Source: a virus. Taken from it: DNA of 64,000 nt. Position 1 is the first letter of the stretch. Every line of letters starts with the position of its first letter. Positions 1-9,613 of this stretch are shown in pieces. Position numbers and translations under genes: made by a program. The stretch covers positions 38,216 through 102,215 of IMG/VR virus record IMGVR_UViG_3300037419_002082; one strand, 5' to 3'. The notes beneath the pieces are model-generated. The model was not told where the DNA came from and did no database searches. It saw only the letters and a program-made list of their open reading frames with translations.

Positions 1-1
1 A

Positions 2-1027
2 ACAAATACTCCAGTTGCTGGTAACGGATTTTATGTAATTATTAATGCATATAGTACTTCTCCAGGTGCAGTAACTCAGACAGCAATATTGAGTGGAACA
101 GTAAATAGAATGTTTTTTAGAAGGGCATCAGGCGGAATATTTAATGCATGGTCTGAAATAGAAACAACTACTGGAGCACAAAGTAAAGCAGATACTGCAG
201 AAGCAAATGCTAAAGCAGCATCAACGCCTTCATCTCACGTTGGAACAGGTGGTAGTGCTCATGCTAACGTAGTAGCTGGTGGAGCAGCAGGTTTTATGAC
301 AGGGGCAGATAAAACAAAATTAGATGGAATTGCTACTGGTGCTAATAATTATACTCATCCAACTGGCGATGGTAATTTACATGTTCCAGCAACTGGCACT
401 TCAAATAATGCTAAAGTTCTTAAAGCAGGTTCTGCAGCAGGTTCATTATCTTGGTCTTCTGTTAATGCATCAGAAGTTGTAACAGATTCTAATAACCGTT
501 TTGTATCGGATGCTGATAAGACAAAATTAAATGGTATTGCAGCAGGTGCTGAAGTTAATCAAAATACTTTTAGTAATGTTAAAGTAGGAGCAACTACAAT
601 TGCTGCTGATACTGAAACAGATACTCTTGAATTAGTTGCAGGTACTAATGTTGTTCTTACTCCTGATGCTACAAATGATAAGGTAACAATTGCTTTATCA
701 TCTTCTGTTGAAACTACTACAGGCTCACAGGCAAAAGTAGATACAGCTATTGCTGCACTTCCAAAAATGGTAGCAGGTACTTTTGGTACCTTCTCACTTA
801 GTGCAGGTGCACAGGTTGATAAAGTTATTAATTACCCAGCAGGAAAATTCTCAGCAATACCTTCTTTGACTTATAGCATTTTCAATGCAGATGTAGAAGG
901 AGCCTATACAACGGCTTCCAGTATTATTGCTGCCCCAGATGAAACAACTGCTACCATCCGCATCAAAAATAAAGGCACAACCCTTCAATATTATATTCTT
1001 AATTGGCATGCAATAGAAATAAAATAG
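2..1027 (+). CDS. Tail fibre / receptor-binding protein, C-terminal part (5' truncated by the window)
   Basis: Frame is open from position 2. G/A/T-rich, with repeated DKTKL(D/N)GIA and ETTTG(A/S)Q fibre motifs. Lies immediately upstream of the lysis cassette. Confidence 0.8.
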   Translation, partial: TNTPVAGNGFYVIINAYSTSPGAVTQTAILSGTVNRMFFRRASGGIFNAWSEIETTTGAQSKADTAEANAKAASTPSSHVGTGGSAHANVVAGGAAGFMTGADKTKLDGIATGANNYTHPTGDGNLHVPATGTSNNAKVLKAGSAAGSLSWSSVNASEVVTDSNNRFVSDADKTKLNGIAAGAEVNQNTFSNVKVGATTIAADTETDTLELVAGTNVVLTPDATNDKVTIALSSSVETTTGSQAKVDTAIAALPKMVAGTFGTFSLSAGAQVDKVINYPAGKFSAIPSLTYSIFNADVEGAYTTASSIIAAPDETTATIRIKNKGTTLQYYILNWHAIEIK

Positions 1028-1129
1028 TTTTTATTTTAAAAATAACTCTAATAAGAGTTATTTTTTTTGTTTTTAAATGGCAAAAAATGTAAATAATTAG
1101 AATGATTTATAATCAAGGTGGTGAAGTAA

Positions 1130-1567
1130 ATGTTGTATCAAATTTTAGCATTAACTAAGCAGCAAGCATTTCTAAGCAGTTTAATTACACTGCTAGTATA
1201 TGTATATGGATTAGTTAGTACACCTCTTTTTTGGATTCTTGTATTTTTTTCGGCAATTGATTTCATTTTAGGAGTATATGCTGCTTGGAGAAGTAAAAAA
1301 TTAAATTGGGATAAGTGCTTAGATGGGATTGCTAATAAGGTTTTCATCGGCATAATTATCTTCATGTCAGCTCTAATAGATTTTGCTTTAACTTACTTTG
1401 GTATAAATACTAGAGGAATTTTTCATAATTTTATTATGGCTGCATTATTAACAAGAGAGTTGGGCAGTACAATTAAAAATGCTAATAAAGCTAAACTATG
1501 GATTCCTAAAATGATTAAGGAAGCCCATAAGAAACTATCCCAACTTAGTAAGGAGGATAAAAAATAA
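1130..1567 (+). CDS. Phage holin (toxin secretion/phage lysis holin type)
   Basis: Several hydrophobic segments, IDFILG and ELGSTIKN motifs, basic C-terminus, coupled to the endolysin gene. Confidence 0.8.
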   Translation: MLYQILALTKQQAFLSSLITLLVYVYGLVSTPLFWILVFFSAIDFILGVYAAWRSKKLNWDKCLDGIANKVFIGIIIFMSALIDFALTYFGINTRGIFHNFIMAALLTRELGSTIKNANKAKLWIPKMIKEAHKKLSQLSKEDKK

Positions 1568-2421
1568 TGGTAAAAGTTGCGTTAAGTTATGGTCATGGCG
1601 CTAACACATATGAAACTAAGCATTCAAAGTTTGTTGTAGTTAATGGAAAAGTTTATGAAGAGCATACACATAACTGGCAAGTAGGTGTACGTGTTAGAGA
1701 TATCCTAAAAGCTCATGGAGTAGAAATTTTAGAATTACAACCACCTAATGGTAATGATGTACCTCTTCAAACAAGAACAGATAAAGCAAATGCATGGAAG
1801 GCAGACTTATATTGGTCTATCCATTCAAATGCTGGTGCTGCATCTGCAAAAGGTTGGTGTGGCTTTTATTGGAAAGGTTCTGCAAGTGGAGAGAAAGCAG
1901 CAAAGTTATATGCAAAGAATGTTGCAGCACTTGGTCTTCCACTTTATTCTGGTGATGGTATTTATCCATCAGAAAAAGGAACATGGTCTGATTTCCATGA
2001 ACTAAGGGAATCACATATGCCTGCTGTATTAACAGAAAATGGTTTTATGACTAATGCTGAAGATTTTAAGTATATCTTTGAAAACAAAGATGGGTACTAT
2101 GATAAAGTAGCAGTTGCACATGCAAAAGCTATTTTAGAATATTTTGGTATTGCTTATAAAGCACCTGCTGCACCTGTAATATCAAAACCTGCTACTCCAA
2201 CTAATAAAGAGGGCTGGGTGAAAGAAGATTCTATATGGTATTTTTATAAAGATGGCGAGAAATTCAAAGGCGGCTGGTTACAAGATAAAGGTAAATGGTA
2301 TTATTTAGAGCCATCTGCTGGAAGAATGGTTGTTGGCCATCAAATAATTGGAAATAAACCATACCATTTTGAAGAATCTGGAGCACTAATTATTACAAAT
2401 GAGGACGGAGTGATTCAATAA
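1567..2421 (+). CDS. Endolysin: N-acetylmuramoyl-L-alanine amidase (Amidase_3) with C-terminal cell-wall-binding repeats
   Basis: GHG...E, SIHSNA and PAVLTENGF zinc-amidase motifs, a Pro/Ala linker, and GW..WYY repeats. Confidence 0.92.
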   Translation: MVKVALSYGHGANTYETKHSKFVVVNGKVYEEHTHNWQVGVRVRDILKAHGVEILELQPPNGNDVPLQTRTDKANAWKADLYWSIHSNAGAASAKGWCGFYWKGSASGEKAAKLYAKNVAALGLPLYSGDGIYPSEKGTWSDFHELRESHMPAVLTENGFMTNAEDFKYIFENKDGYYDKVAVAHAKAILEYFGIAYKAPAAPVISKPATPTNKEGWVKEDSIWYFYKDGEKFKGGWLQDKGKWYYLEPSAGRMVVGHQIIGNKPYHFEESGALIITNEDGVIQ

Positions 2422-2666
2422 TGGAAGCATTATTAGTTTTAATGACAGTGCTTGTTCCAATTATTATGGGCTTAGATGAAATATTGAAAACTTATATTCC
2501 TGAAAAATTCCATAAACTTATTCCAATTATTGTTGGATTAGTTCTTGCACCATTTGGAGGAACTTTTGCACCAGGATTATCAATGGCTCAAATGGTATGG
2601 GCTGGGTTTTTAGCTGGAATGGCAGCAGGTGGTTCATATAAGCCAACATTAACTAAGAAGGATTAA
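2421..2666 (+). CDS. Second holin-like membrane protein
   Basis: 81 aa with 2-3 TM segments, GFLAGMAAGGSY motif, overlaps the endolysin stop codon. Confidence 0.7.
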   Translation: MEALLVLMTVLVPIIMGLDEILKTYIPEKFHKLIPIIVGLVLAPFGGTFAPGLSMAQMVWAGFLAGMAAGGSYKPTLTKKD

Positions 2667-3031
2667 TTCCTTCTTTTTTTTTATGGAAATATTTTCTATA
2701 ACATTGTGATATCATATATAATATAATAAATATATAACTAAGTGATTAGAGGTGTAATTTATGGGGAATATTGGAAATATAATAATTATATATGATATGA
2801 AAAGAGATGATTAGCGTATGATAAATAAAAAGCAAAGTAATTATAGCGATTTATTAAATGCAATAAAAAATCATAGCATAGATGAAAATTACAAACCTAG
2901 AAAATATAATTTTGGACTTAAAGATTTTGATGAGAAAGGGAATGAAAAAAAGAGAGAGCCAAAGACTCCCTCATAGACCTGAGTGTTACGATATTAACAT
3001 AGAAATTGATTTAAAATTTATCTAGAGTATT

Positions 3032-5593
3032 TTATAGACCACATTTAAGCTGCATTCCACAGTTACTACAAGTATTACATCCTCCAGAATCAATTACTTT
3101 ACCAGCTCGGCAAGCTGGGCAAGTATCTCCAACTTCACTACCATAATTAATTTCATCTTTTGTTTCTACTTCTTCTTTTTTTGATTCCAATAGAACATTT
3201 GTTTCCTCTACTTTATTTTCTTCGTTTGTTAATGAAAGAACTTGAGAATCGCGAGAGCCATCTACATAAACTGTACCACCTTTAGCTCCGCCTTTATGAA
3301 GTCTTTCATAAACTTTTTGTACTTGTTCAACAGTATAACCTTTAGGAGCATTAACTGTTTTGCTTATAGAAGAATCAATCCAGCGCTGAATAATACACTG
3401 TACATCAGCATGAGCCTCAGGGGATAATTCCATAGAAGAAATAAACCAAGGCGGTAATGGGACTCCTTCTGATGCATCTGGATTTTCTTTATAGTAGTTA
3501 TCAAACCATTGTTGTGCAATTGGTGCTTTAACTTCAATAAACTTTCCAAGTCTTCCGCTCCTAAAATATGAGAATGAGAAATATGGTTCTAGGCCAGTTG
3601 ATACGTTAACCATAGTACCAGTAGACCCAGTAGGGGCAACAGTAAGCAAATGAGAATTTCTAATACCATGTTTTAAAACTCCTTGACGAATATGTTCTGG
3701 CATCTTTTTCATATAACCAGAATTAATAAATGCTCTTCTTTTTTCCATTGACTGTTCTATATATCCATTCATATCAATATCTAATTTATAGCCATTTGTT
3801 AAGAATGGAAATGAGCCTTTCTCTTTTGCTAATTCAATAGATGCTTCATAAGCAGCAATAGCAATAGTTTCAAATACTTTATCTACAACTTTATTTCCTT
3901 CTTCTGTGCCATAAACTAATTCGCATTGGATAAGTAAATCATGTAATCCCATAACACCTAATCCAATACGTCTTTCTCCAAGAGCTTGGATTTTATTCTC
4001 TTCCAAGAAGTAAGGAGTAGCAGATATAACATTATCTTGCATTCTAATTCCAACCTTAACTGTTTCAATTAATTTATCATAATCCACAACATTTCCATAA
4101 ACAGTTGGTGCTGTCATTTCAGCAAGGTTTACTGCAGCAAGATTACAAACTGAGAATGGGGCTAAAGGTTGTTCTCCACATGGATTAGTACAAACTACTT
4201 GTTGACCATATGCTTTTGCATTAGTCATATCATTAGCATTATCTATAAAGAAGATTCCTGGTTCTGCTGAGTAAGTAGCGGCAATGTTAATAAGATTCCA
4301 GAGTTCTTTTGCTTTAATTTTTCTATAAGTTCTAATCTTATAACCCAATCTTTCCCATTCACGTACATCTCCAATGGTATGCCACTTTTCATTATATTCT
4401 GCCATCTCCGCTTCATTATAGGAATCCGTATGAGGGAATCTTAATTCGTATTCTAAATCATTTTCTACAGCATGCATAAATTCATGAGTTAATGCAACTG
4501 AGATATTGGCACCAGTTAAAAATTCTGGGTTATGAACAGAATAAGTTCCACCATCATTTAATTTTTGTTTAGATAATTCATAGCCTTTAGTTTGGTCAAT
4601 AGTTGGTTTTTCATTTCTATTATATGCAATAATAGCTTCTTGATAAATAAGCTCTTCTGGTTTTGTTAAAGGTGTAAATTTTAATTTAGATTTTGCTAGT
4701 TGCTTAATTTGTTCATCGTTTGTATTTTCAATAATAAAACGTAATACTCGAGGATTTTGCATTTTAGAAATAATAAATTCTAATACATCTGGATGCCAAT
4801 CGGCTAACATAATCATTTGAGCACCACGGCGACTTCCACCTTGCTCTACAAGATTAGTTAAATTAGCAATATCATTTAACCAAGATACAGAACCTGATGA
4901 TTTACCATTAACACCTCTAGCTAAAGTGTTACGAGGACGTAAAGTAGAACCATTTGTTCCTACACCACCACCACGAGACATAATCTCTTGTACAATCTTA
5001 CGATGGTCAGCAATACCTTCACGACTATCTTTTGGATAAGGCATAACATAACAGTTAAAGTATGTTACATCAGTACCTGCTCCTGCTCCATATAATACAC
5101 GACCTGCTGGAACAAAATTTTCACTTACTAATTCATGATAGAATTTAGAAAACCATTCTGCTTTTTTAGATGGCGTTTCTTCTACATCAGATAAACCTTT
5201 AGCATTTCTCATAGCAATTTGCTCATAGAATAATTCTAATGGCTTTTCAATAGCATCTAAGTCGCGAACTACAATACCAGTTTCTGCTTCTTTACCTTCT
5301 AAAGGTGCACGAAATTCTTCTTCAACTTCAATAGTAATTTTTCTACCATTAATATCTTTTACCCAACCTAAGCCTTGAGCAGGGAATTTTGGGTCAGACT
5401 TTACTTGAAGAACTACAAAGTCTCCAACTTTTAAAGTAACTTTTGCAATATCTTTAAATGTATAGCGGTCTAGCATTACAAGACGTGAAACTCCTTCACG
5501 TTCAATTTTCATATCTTCTGTGATAGGAAATACATTGGGGAAGAGTTTAATATCTCGGTTTAATGATTCAATATAATTAGATGAAAAAGTCAT
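3032..5593 (-). CDS. nrdJ: Class II (adenosylcobalamin-dependent) ribonucleotide reductase
   Basis: PAGR, TYFNCYV, TNPCGEQ, VAPTG motifs and a C-terminal CxxC...CxxC cluster. No beta subunit nearby. Confidence 0.92.
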   Translation of the reverse strand: MTFSSNYIESLNRDIKLFPNVFPITEDMKIEREGVSRLVMLDRYTFKDIAKVTLKVGDFVVLQVKSDPKFPAQGLGWVKDINGRKITIEVEEEFRAPLEGKEAETGIVVRDLDAIEKPLELFYEQIAMRNAKGLSDVEETPSKKAEWFSKFYHELVSENFVPAGRVLYGAGAGTDVTYFNCYVMPYPKDSREGIADHRKIVQEIMSRGGGVGTNGSTLRPRNTLARGVNGKSSGSVSWLNDIANLTNLVEQGGSRRGAQMIMLADWHPDVLEFIISKMQNPRVLRFIIENTNDEQIKQLAKSKLKFTPLTKPEELIYQEAIIAYNRNEKPTIDQTKGYELSKQKLNDGGTYSVHNPEFLTGANISVALTHEFMHAVENDLEYELRFPHTDSYNEAEMAEYNEKWHTIGDVREWERLGYKIRTYRKIKAKELWNLINIAATYSAEPGIFFIDNANDMTNAKAYGQQVVCTNPCGEQPLAPFSVCNLAAVNLAEMTAPTVYGNVVDYDKLIETVKVGIRMQDNVISATPYFLEENKIQALGERRIGLGVMGLHDLLIQCELVYGTEEGNKVVDKVFETIAIAAYEASIELAKEKGSFPFLTNGYKLDIDMNGYIEQSMEKRRAFINSGYMKKMPEHIRQGVLKHGIRNSHLLTVAPTGSTGTMVNVSTGLEPYFSFSYFRSGRLGKFIEVKAPIAQQWFDNYYKENPDASEGVPLPPWFISSMELSPEAHADVQCIIQRWIDSSISKTVNAPKGYTVEQVQKVYERLHKGGAKGGTVYVDGSRDSQVLSLTNEENKVEETNVLLESKKEEVETKDEINYGSEVGDTCPACRAGKVIDSGGCNTCSNCGMQLKCGL

Positions 5594-5610
5594 AGTTTGC
5601 CTCCTAAGAT

Positions 5611-5648
5611 AAAACTAGCCCTCATAGGTTTTTCCTATGAAGGCTATT
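5611..5648 (-). terminator. Terminator-like hairpin between tRNA-Pro and the nrdJ RBS
   Basis: Minus strand reads AGCCTTCATAGG-AAAAA-CCTATGAGGGCT followed by AGTTTT. Confidence 0.65.
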
Positions 5649-5657
5649 AATAAAATA

Positions 5658-5731
5658 TTGGACTGACAGGACTCGAACCTGCAACCTCAACATCCCAAAT
5701 GTTGCCGTCTGCCAAATTGACTTACAGCCCA
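5658..5731 (-). tRNA. tRNA-Pro(UGG), CCA not encoded
   Basis: Cloverleaf: acceptor TGGGCTG/CAGTCCA, anticodon arm CAACA-TTTGGGA-TGTTG, T arm GCAGG-TTCGAGT-CCTGT. Confidence 0.9.
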
Positions 5732-5734
5732 AGG

Positions 5735-5858
5735 ATTACCAGTTGTGACCAGCAACTGGTAAAAGGGAAAGCACAATGATAACCAGGTATGCAATACATA
5801 ATAGGCGGCCCGTCGGCCGTAATGTGTCACCTACTGTTTCCGCAGTAGGCAACTGGAA
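5735..5858 (-). ncRNA. Putative structured RNA (multi-stem) inside the RNA cluster
   Basis: GC-rich hairpins CCTACTG/CAGTAGG, CGGCC/GGCCG and TTACCAGTTG/CAACTGGTAA in non-coding DNA. Strand inferred from neighbouring RNAs. Confidence 0.45.
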
Positions 5859-5876
5859 ATACTAAACTAAGTATAT

Positions 5877-5975
5877 CATAAATATTTGGAATCGAACCAA
5901 ACCACTTAAAATGCTAACCCTATACGTTAGCTGTTTCGGTCTCAATGGAATTCTAAGCTCACCCAGGGTATTTAT
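5877..5975 (-). ncRNA. tRNA-like element A (acceptor stem and T arm, no D stem, no anticodon arm)
   Basis: ATAAATA/TATTTAT acceptor, TTTGG-TTCGATT-CCAAA T arm, CCCTGGGTGAG loop, CTTAGAAT/ATTTTAAG helix. Confidence 0.6.
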
Positions 5976-5976
5976 G

Positions 5977-6129
5977 AGCTCTCAGCAGGAATTGAACCTA
6001 CCTTACACTATGCAAAAAGGGTTTACATTATTCGGTCAACATTCGATACTAGTCTTATTGGCGTTGCTAGATTTATACGAAGTTACTTTTCATCACCTTA
6101 CTTGCAATAGGCATCACCGGATTAAGAGC
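5977..6129 (-). ncRNA. tRNA-like element B (acceptor stem and T arm, long insert)
   Basis: GCTCTTA/TGAGAGC acceptor, GTAGG-TTCAATT-CCTGC T arm, ATCCGGTGATG loop, CTATTGCAAG/TTTGCATAG helix. Confidence 0.6.
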
Positions 6130-6197
6130 AAGATAGAAAATTAGATGGCTATGTATTTAAATATCATAACCACCTAATCAGAAAGGAGATTAATATA

Positions 6198-6238
6198 ATG
6201 ATATCATATTTTTTAGAACATATTCATATGAGTTTCAC
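6198..6238 (-). promoter_or_regulatory. GTGAAAC-N28-TATCAT promoter of the RNA cluster
   Basis: Motif on the reverse strand, directly after the primase stop. Confidence 0.6.
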
Positions 6239-6239
6239 C

Positions 6240-7313
6240 TTATTTAATCTTAGTTCTGTATTCATAGCGTTTAAGCCATTCTTCAATCGGCAATCTTTCT
6301 TCATAAAGTGAAAGCATATTTCTTTTCGATAAATCTGCGGGATCGTAACCATCTTCTATTTCTATGGCAGTAATTTTATATTCTGGATAGCAAAGATTTA
6401 CAATTGATTTTGCCAGCTTATAACCAGCTTTATCACCATCTACAAAAAGAATTAATTCATCGTCTATGAGGGAATCAATAAGCTCTTTCTGTTCATTGGA
6501 TAAGGTAGACCCATAAACACATGTTACATGTTTTAAACCTGCTTCGTAAATAGCCATTTGGTCTTTTTTACCTTCACAAAGAATAAGCTTATTTTCTTTT
6601 TGTATTTCTTCTCCAACAATATCTAATCTGCCAAGAAGTTTATTTTTGAGTAATCCTGCTCTTTTCTTCCATTTCTCTTTTGCTTTATTAGTAACATCTC
6701 TACCATCAAAGCCTAATAATTCACCTTCAGGAGAACGTTGAGGGAGGAGCCATCTTTTTTCTTTACTATCATATCCGGACTCAAATAATTCTAATGTAGA
6801 GTCTTTGAAACCTTGAGAGTCAATGAAACCAAGTTCATCTTTCTTATTCAGGAAATTTTGTAGTACTTCCTGAGTGAGTGGATTGACCCCATAGTAGAAC
6901 TCAGTATTATTCTCGATAGATTCATCTACTGAAATTTCAGTCAAAATATGGTCAATTTTTATCTTGAGTTCTTCAAGTAAAAACTCTCCATTATCTTCTA
7001 GTAGGTTTATATCTATTTCACATGCATCACATATAAATTCTACAGCATTTGTGTAAGATAGATTTTGAGCATGTTCTACAAGATTAATAATATCGCCGTC
7101 TTTTTTTCTATCATCGCATTCCCCATAGCATGTGTAAGCCATTTTAGTTGGGCTTAATACAAAAGCTGTAATGCCTTTAGAATGATGAATAGGACATGAA
7201 CTTCTAAAACCATTTGAATCTTTTGAAATACCTTGAGCTCCTAGAGATTCTAGGAGCATTTGTATTTTATCTTCTGTCATTAATTTTTTAAGTGCTACTG
7301 GTGAGTAACTCAT
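6240..7313 (-). CDS. dnaG: DNA primase (CHC2 zinc finger plus TOPRIM)
   Basis: CPIH...CYGEC zinc finger; CEGKKD and DGDKAG TOPRIM motifs. Confidence 0.9.
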   Translation of the reverse strand: MSYSPVALKKLMTEDKIQMLLESLGAQGISKDSNGFRSSCPIHHSKGITAFVLSPTKMAYTCYGECDDRKKDGDIINLVEHAQNLSYTNAVEFICDACEIDINLLEDNGEFLLEELKIKIDHILTEISVDESIENNTEFYYGVNPLTQEVLQNFLNKKDELGFIDSQGFKDSTLELFESGYDSKEKRWLLPQRSPEGELLGFDGRDVTNKAKEKWKKRAGLLKNKLLGRLDIVGEEIQKENKLILCEGKKDQMAIYEAGLKHVTCVYGSTLSNEQKELIDSLIDDELILFVDGDKAGYKLAKSIVNLCYPEYKITAIEIEDGYDPADLSKRNMLSLYEERLPIEEWLKRYEYRTKIK

Positions 7314-8701
7314 GCAGTTCCACCACCACCAATATAATCGCGTGGCTTATCCATAACTACCATAGGGTCTACATTTCCAATAGTAGCTTTAGCACCATTG
7401 AAATGAAATAATGCTTTTCTTAATTCACCTTCACGAATCTTTAAAGCACCAATTTCCATATGGTTTGGTAATTCAGATTGCGAGCCATAATAAAATTCAT
7501 CACGATATACATAAAAAATATTATGAGCATCTTGTTCTGCTTTACCAGTAGAGCGAATATCTTTCATAGTTGGTCGCTTATCATCTCTTTGTTCACAACC
7601 GCGATTAGCCTGTGATAAAGCAATCATAGCAACTTCATGATTCTTTGCCATCATACGAAGTTCTTCGGATATTTGACCAAATTCAAATTCTTCTGTAGGA
7701 ATATTTCCTTTTCTAGTACGAATTAATTGGAAATAATCTTCAAGTACTAATTGAATACCATATTTAGATTTTAAATAACTTAGTACAGAATCAATTTGAC
7801 CAATATTTAATTTAGCAGAATCAATAACAAATAATGGCCATGATTCTACTAGCTTTATGGCTTCATCTAATTGTTGCCATTCTGATTCTTCTAATTCTCC
7901 AGGTCGTTTTAATTTCTTCATTGGTATGCCAGTAACACGAGATAATAAACGCCTATAAACATCTGGAGTAGACATTTCGTGAGAAAAGAATGCAGTAGGT
8001 ATTCCATATTTTTCTGCAGCATTTTGAGCTAGATTCAATGCAGTACCTGTTTTATAATTAGATGGTCTACCAACAATATAAGTTAATGTACCTAAGGCAA
8101 TTTGATCTTGAGTCATTTTATCAAAATCACGTAGTCCAAATTGAATACCAAATTCAATGCCATTTTCTAATTGATATTGCATTGATTCTTTTAATTCTTT
8201 AAATCCAGTATGAATAGAAACTTCGACAATTAAGCCATCATTTATTTCTACTTCATTTAATCCTTTTTGGAATCCAGAGATAAAATCCCTTGCCGGTACA
8301 TCAATATTATCTAAACCATTTTTTAAAACCTGAATTACTTTTCTCTTAGTATACAAATCTCTCAATTTAAAAATATTTCTTCTTGTCATATCTATAAATT
8401 GAGCGTCATTTACCACTTCACGTTCAATCATTTTTTTATAACGATTGAGTTTTAATTGAGTTTGCGTAATATCTTTTTCATCTGTTAATTCAAGTTTATC
8501 AATAATGTAATGAGATGAAGGAATAAAATCCATGTTGTATCGACTTTCTTCTAATATTATATTGAGAATATCGAGATTATTTTGGTTAACACACTCAACA
8601 GCAGTAAAGTTTTCTTCAATTGCTACATTAAGAGCATCTCTAGACAACATGAAAAGACCAATGAGTTCTCTTTCTCGTTGGACATTAGATATTTTACCCA
8701 T
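7310..8701 (-). CDS. dnaB: Replicative DnaB-family helicase
   Basis: GRPSNYKT Walker A variant, FSHEM, DYFQLI, LSQANR, EQDA motifs. Confidence 0.9.
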   Translation of the reverse strand: MGKISNVQRERELIGLFMLSRDALNVAIEENFTAVECVNQNNLDILNIILEESRYNMDFIPSSHYIIDKLELTDEKDITQTQLKLNRYKKMIEREVVNDAQFIDMTRRNIFKLRDLYTKRKVIQVLKNGLDNIDVPARDFISGFQKGLNEVEINDGLIVEVSIHTGFKELKESMQYQLENGIEFGIQFGLRDFDKMTQDQIALGTLTYIVGRPSNYKTGTALNLAQNAAEKYGIPTAFFSHEMSTPDVYRRLLSRVTGIPMKKLKRPGELEESEWQQLDEAIKLVESWPLFVIDSAKLNIGQIDSVLSYLKSKYGIQLVLEDYFQLIRTRKGNIPTEEFEFGQISEELRMMAKNHEVAMIALSQANRGCEQRDDKRPTMKDIRSTGKAEQDAHNIFYVYRDEFYYGSQSELPNHMEIGALKIREGELRKALFHFNGAKATIGNVDPMVVMDKPRDYIGGGGTA

Positions 8702-9528
8702 TAGTTACCACCCTTCATGAATTTATTTTTATTTGTATAATTTGGAAGTTTACCAAGCTTAGGGCGATAATCTTCTAAAGAAACTATTGTAGTAATTAAA
8801 GAACGTTCTTGGAATAAAGAAACAATACGTTGTGCATACTTTTCATTAAGCATTTCTAAATTAGAATTAGTAGTAATAATCAAAGGTAGTTTTTTATAAT
8901 AGCGATGTCTCATTAATCCATCTAATTCTGTTACAGCCCAATCAGAACCATCTTTTCGATATTCTGTACCTAAATCATCTAGTACAAGAAATTGGCAATT
9001 ATAGATATGATTTTTTAATTTAACAAAGTCTTCATCATTCCAAGACTTTTTAATCATATCAAATAAATCTTTAATAGTAGTGAAATATCCGGAATAGCCT
9101 TTATCTACAAGATGCATTAATATCTTCATAGCAGATAAAGATTTACCTCTTCCAACTGGACCATTGAAGATAATACCGCGGCCATCTTCAAAATAATGCT
9201 GAGCATTATCAATATAATCTTCAATAAATGGATTAAGGAGAATAGGCATTTTACCATGTTTCTTTGGGTCAGATTCGCTTACATAATCATCGTCTTTTAG
9301 ATAAGCAGTAATTTCTTCTTCATATAATGGAAGAGATGCAAAATCAGTATCAACATTTGCATTCCTATGTTTACGTGTTTTAATTTCTTTTAACATGCAT
9401 TCACATAATCTTCCATCTTCTAAATAACCTGCATCACATTTTTGACAACCATTATATTGATTATCTTCTGTTGGTTTTAATTCACCTTCTTTTAATATGT
9501 GTTTAAGTTCTGGCTTGTATTCTTCCAT
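8701..9528 (-). CDS. Helicase loader (DnaC/IstB-like AAA+ ATPase)
   Basis: CQKC..CEC zinc site, GPVGRGKS, LVLDDLG and IITTN motifs. Start moved to MEEYKP. Confidence 0.85.
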   Translation of the reverse strand: MEEYKPELKHILKEGELKPTEDNQYNGCQKCDAGYLEDGRLCECMLKEIKTRKHRNANVDTDFASLPLYEEEITAYLKDDDYVSESDPKKHGKMPILLNPFIEDYIDNAQHYFEDGRGIIFNGPVGRGKSLSAMKILMHLVDKGYSGYFTTIKDLFDMIKKSWNDEDFVKLKNHIYNCQFLVLDDLGTEYRKDGSDWAVTELDGLMRHRYYKKLPLIITTNSNLEMLNEKYAQRIVSLFQERSLITTIVSLEDYRPKLGKLPNYTNKNKFMKGGN

Positions 9529-9572
9529 ATTTTCACCCCAATAAAAAAGATAGAGAAGCTGAATCTCTATCA

Positions 9573-9613
9573 ATTATATTTTACATGTAATTACGATTTA
9601 TAAAAGGTTTCAC
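9573..9613 (-). promoter_or_regulatory. GTGAAAC-N28-TATAAT promoter of the loader-helicase-primase operon
   Basis: Motif on the reverse strand. Confidence 0.7.

Noticed and set aside
5594-5860. Cobalamin riboswitch or NrdR box upstream of nrdJ
   Set aside because: No B12-box consensus or NrdR palindrome was recognised; the space is occupied by the tRNA and a hairpin.
5877-6129. tmRNA (ssrA) call
   Set aside because: Too short, no G3-U70 pair, no CCA, and no tag reading frame ending in ALAA-like residues.
5911-6144. 77-aa plus-strand ORF
   Set aside because: It is antisense to the tRNA-like elements, has no RBS and has atypical composition.
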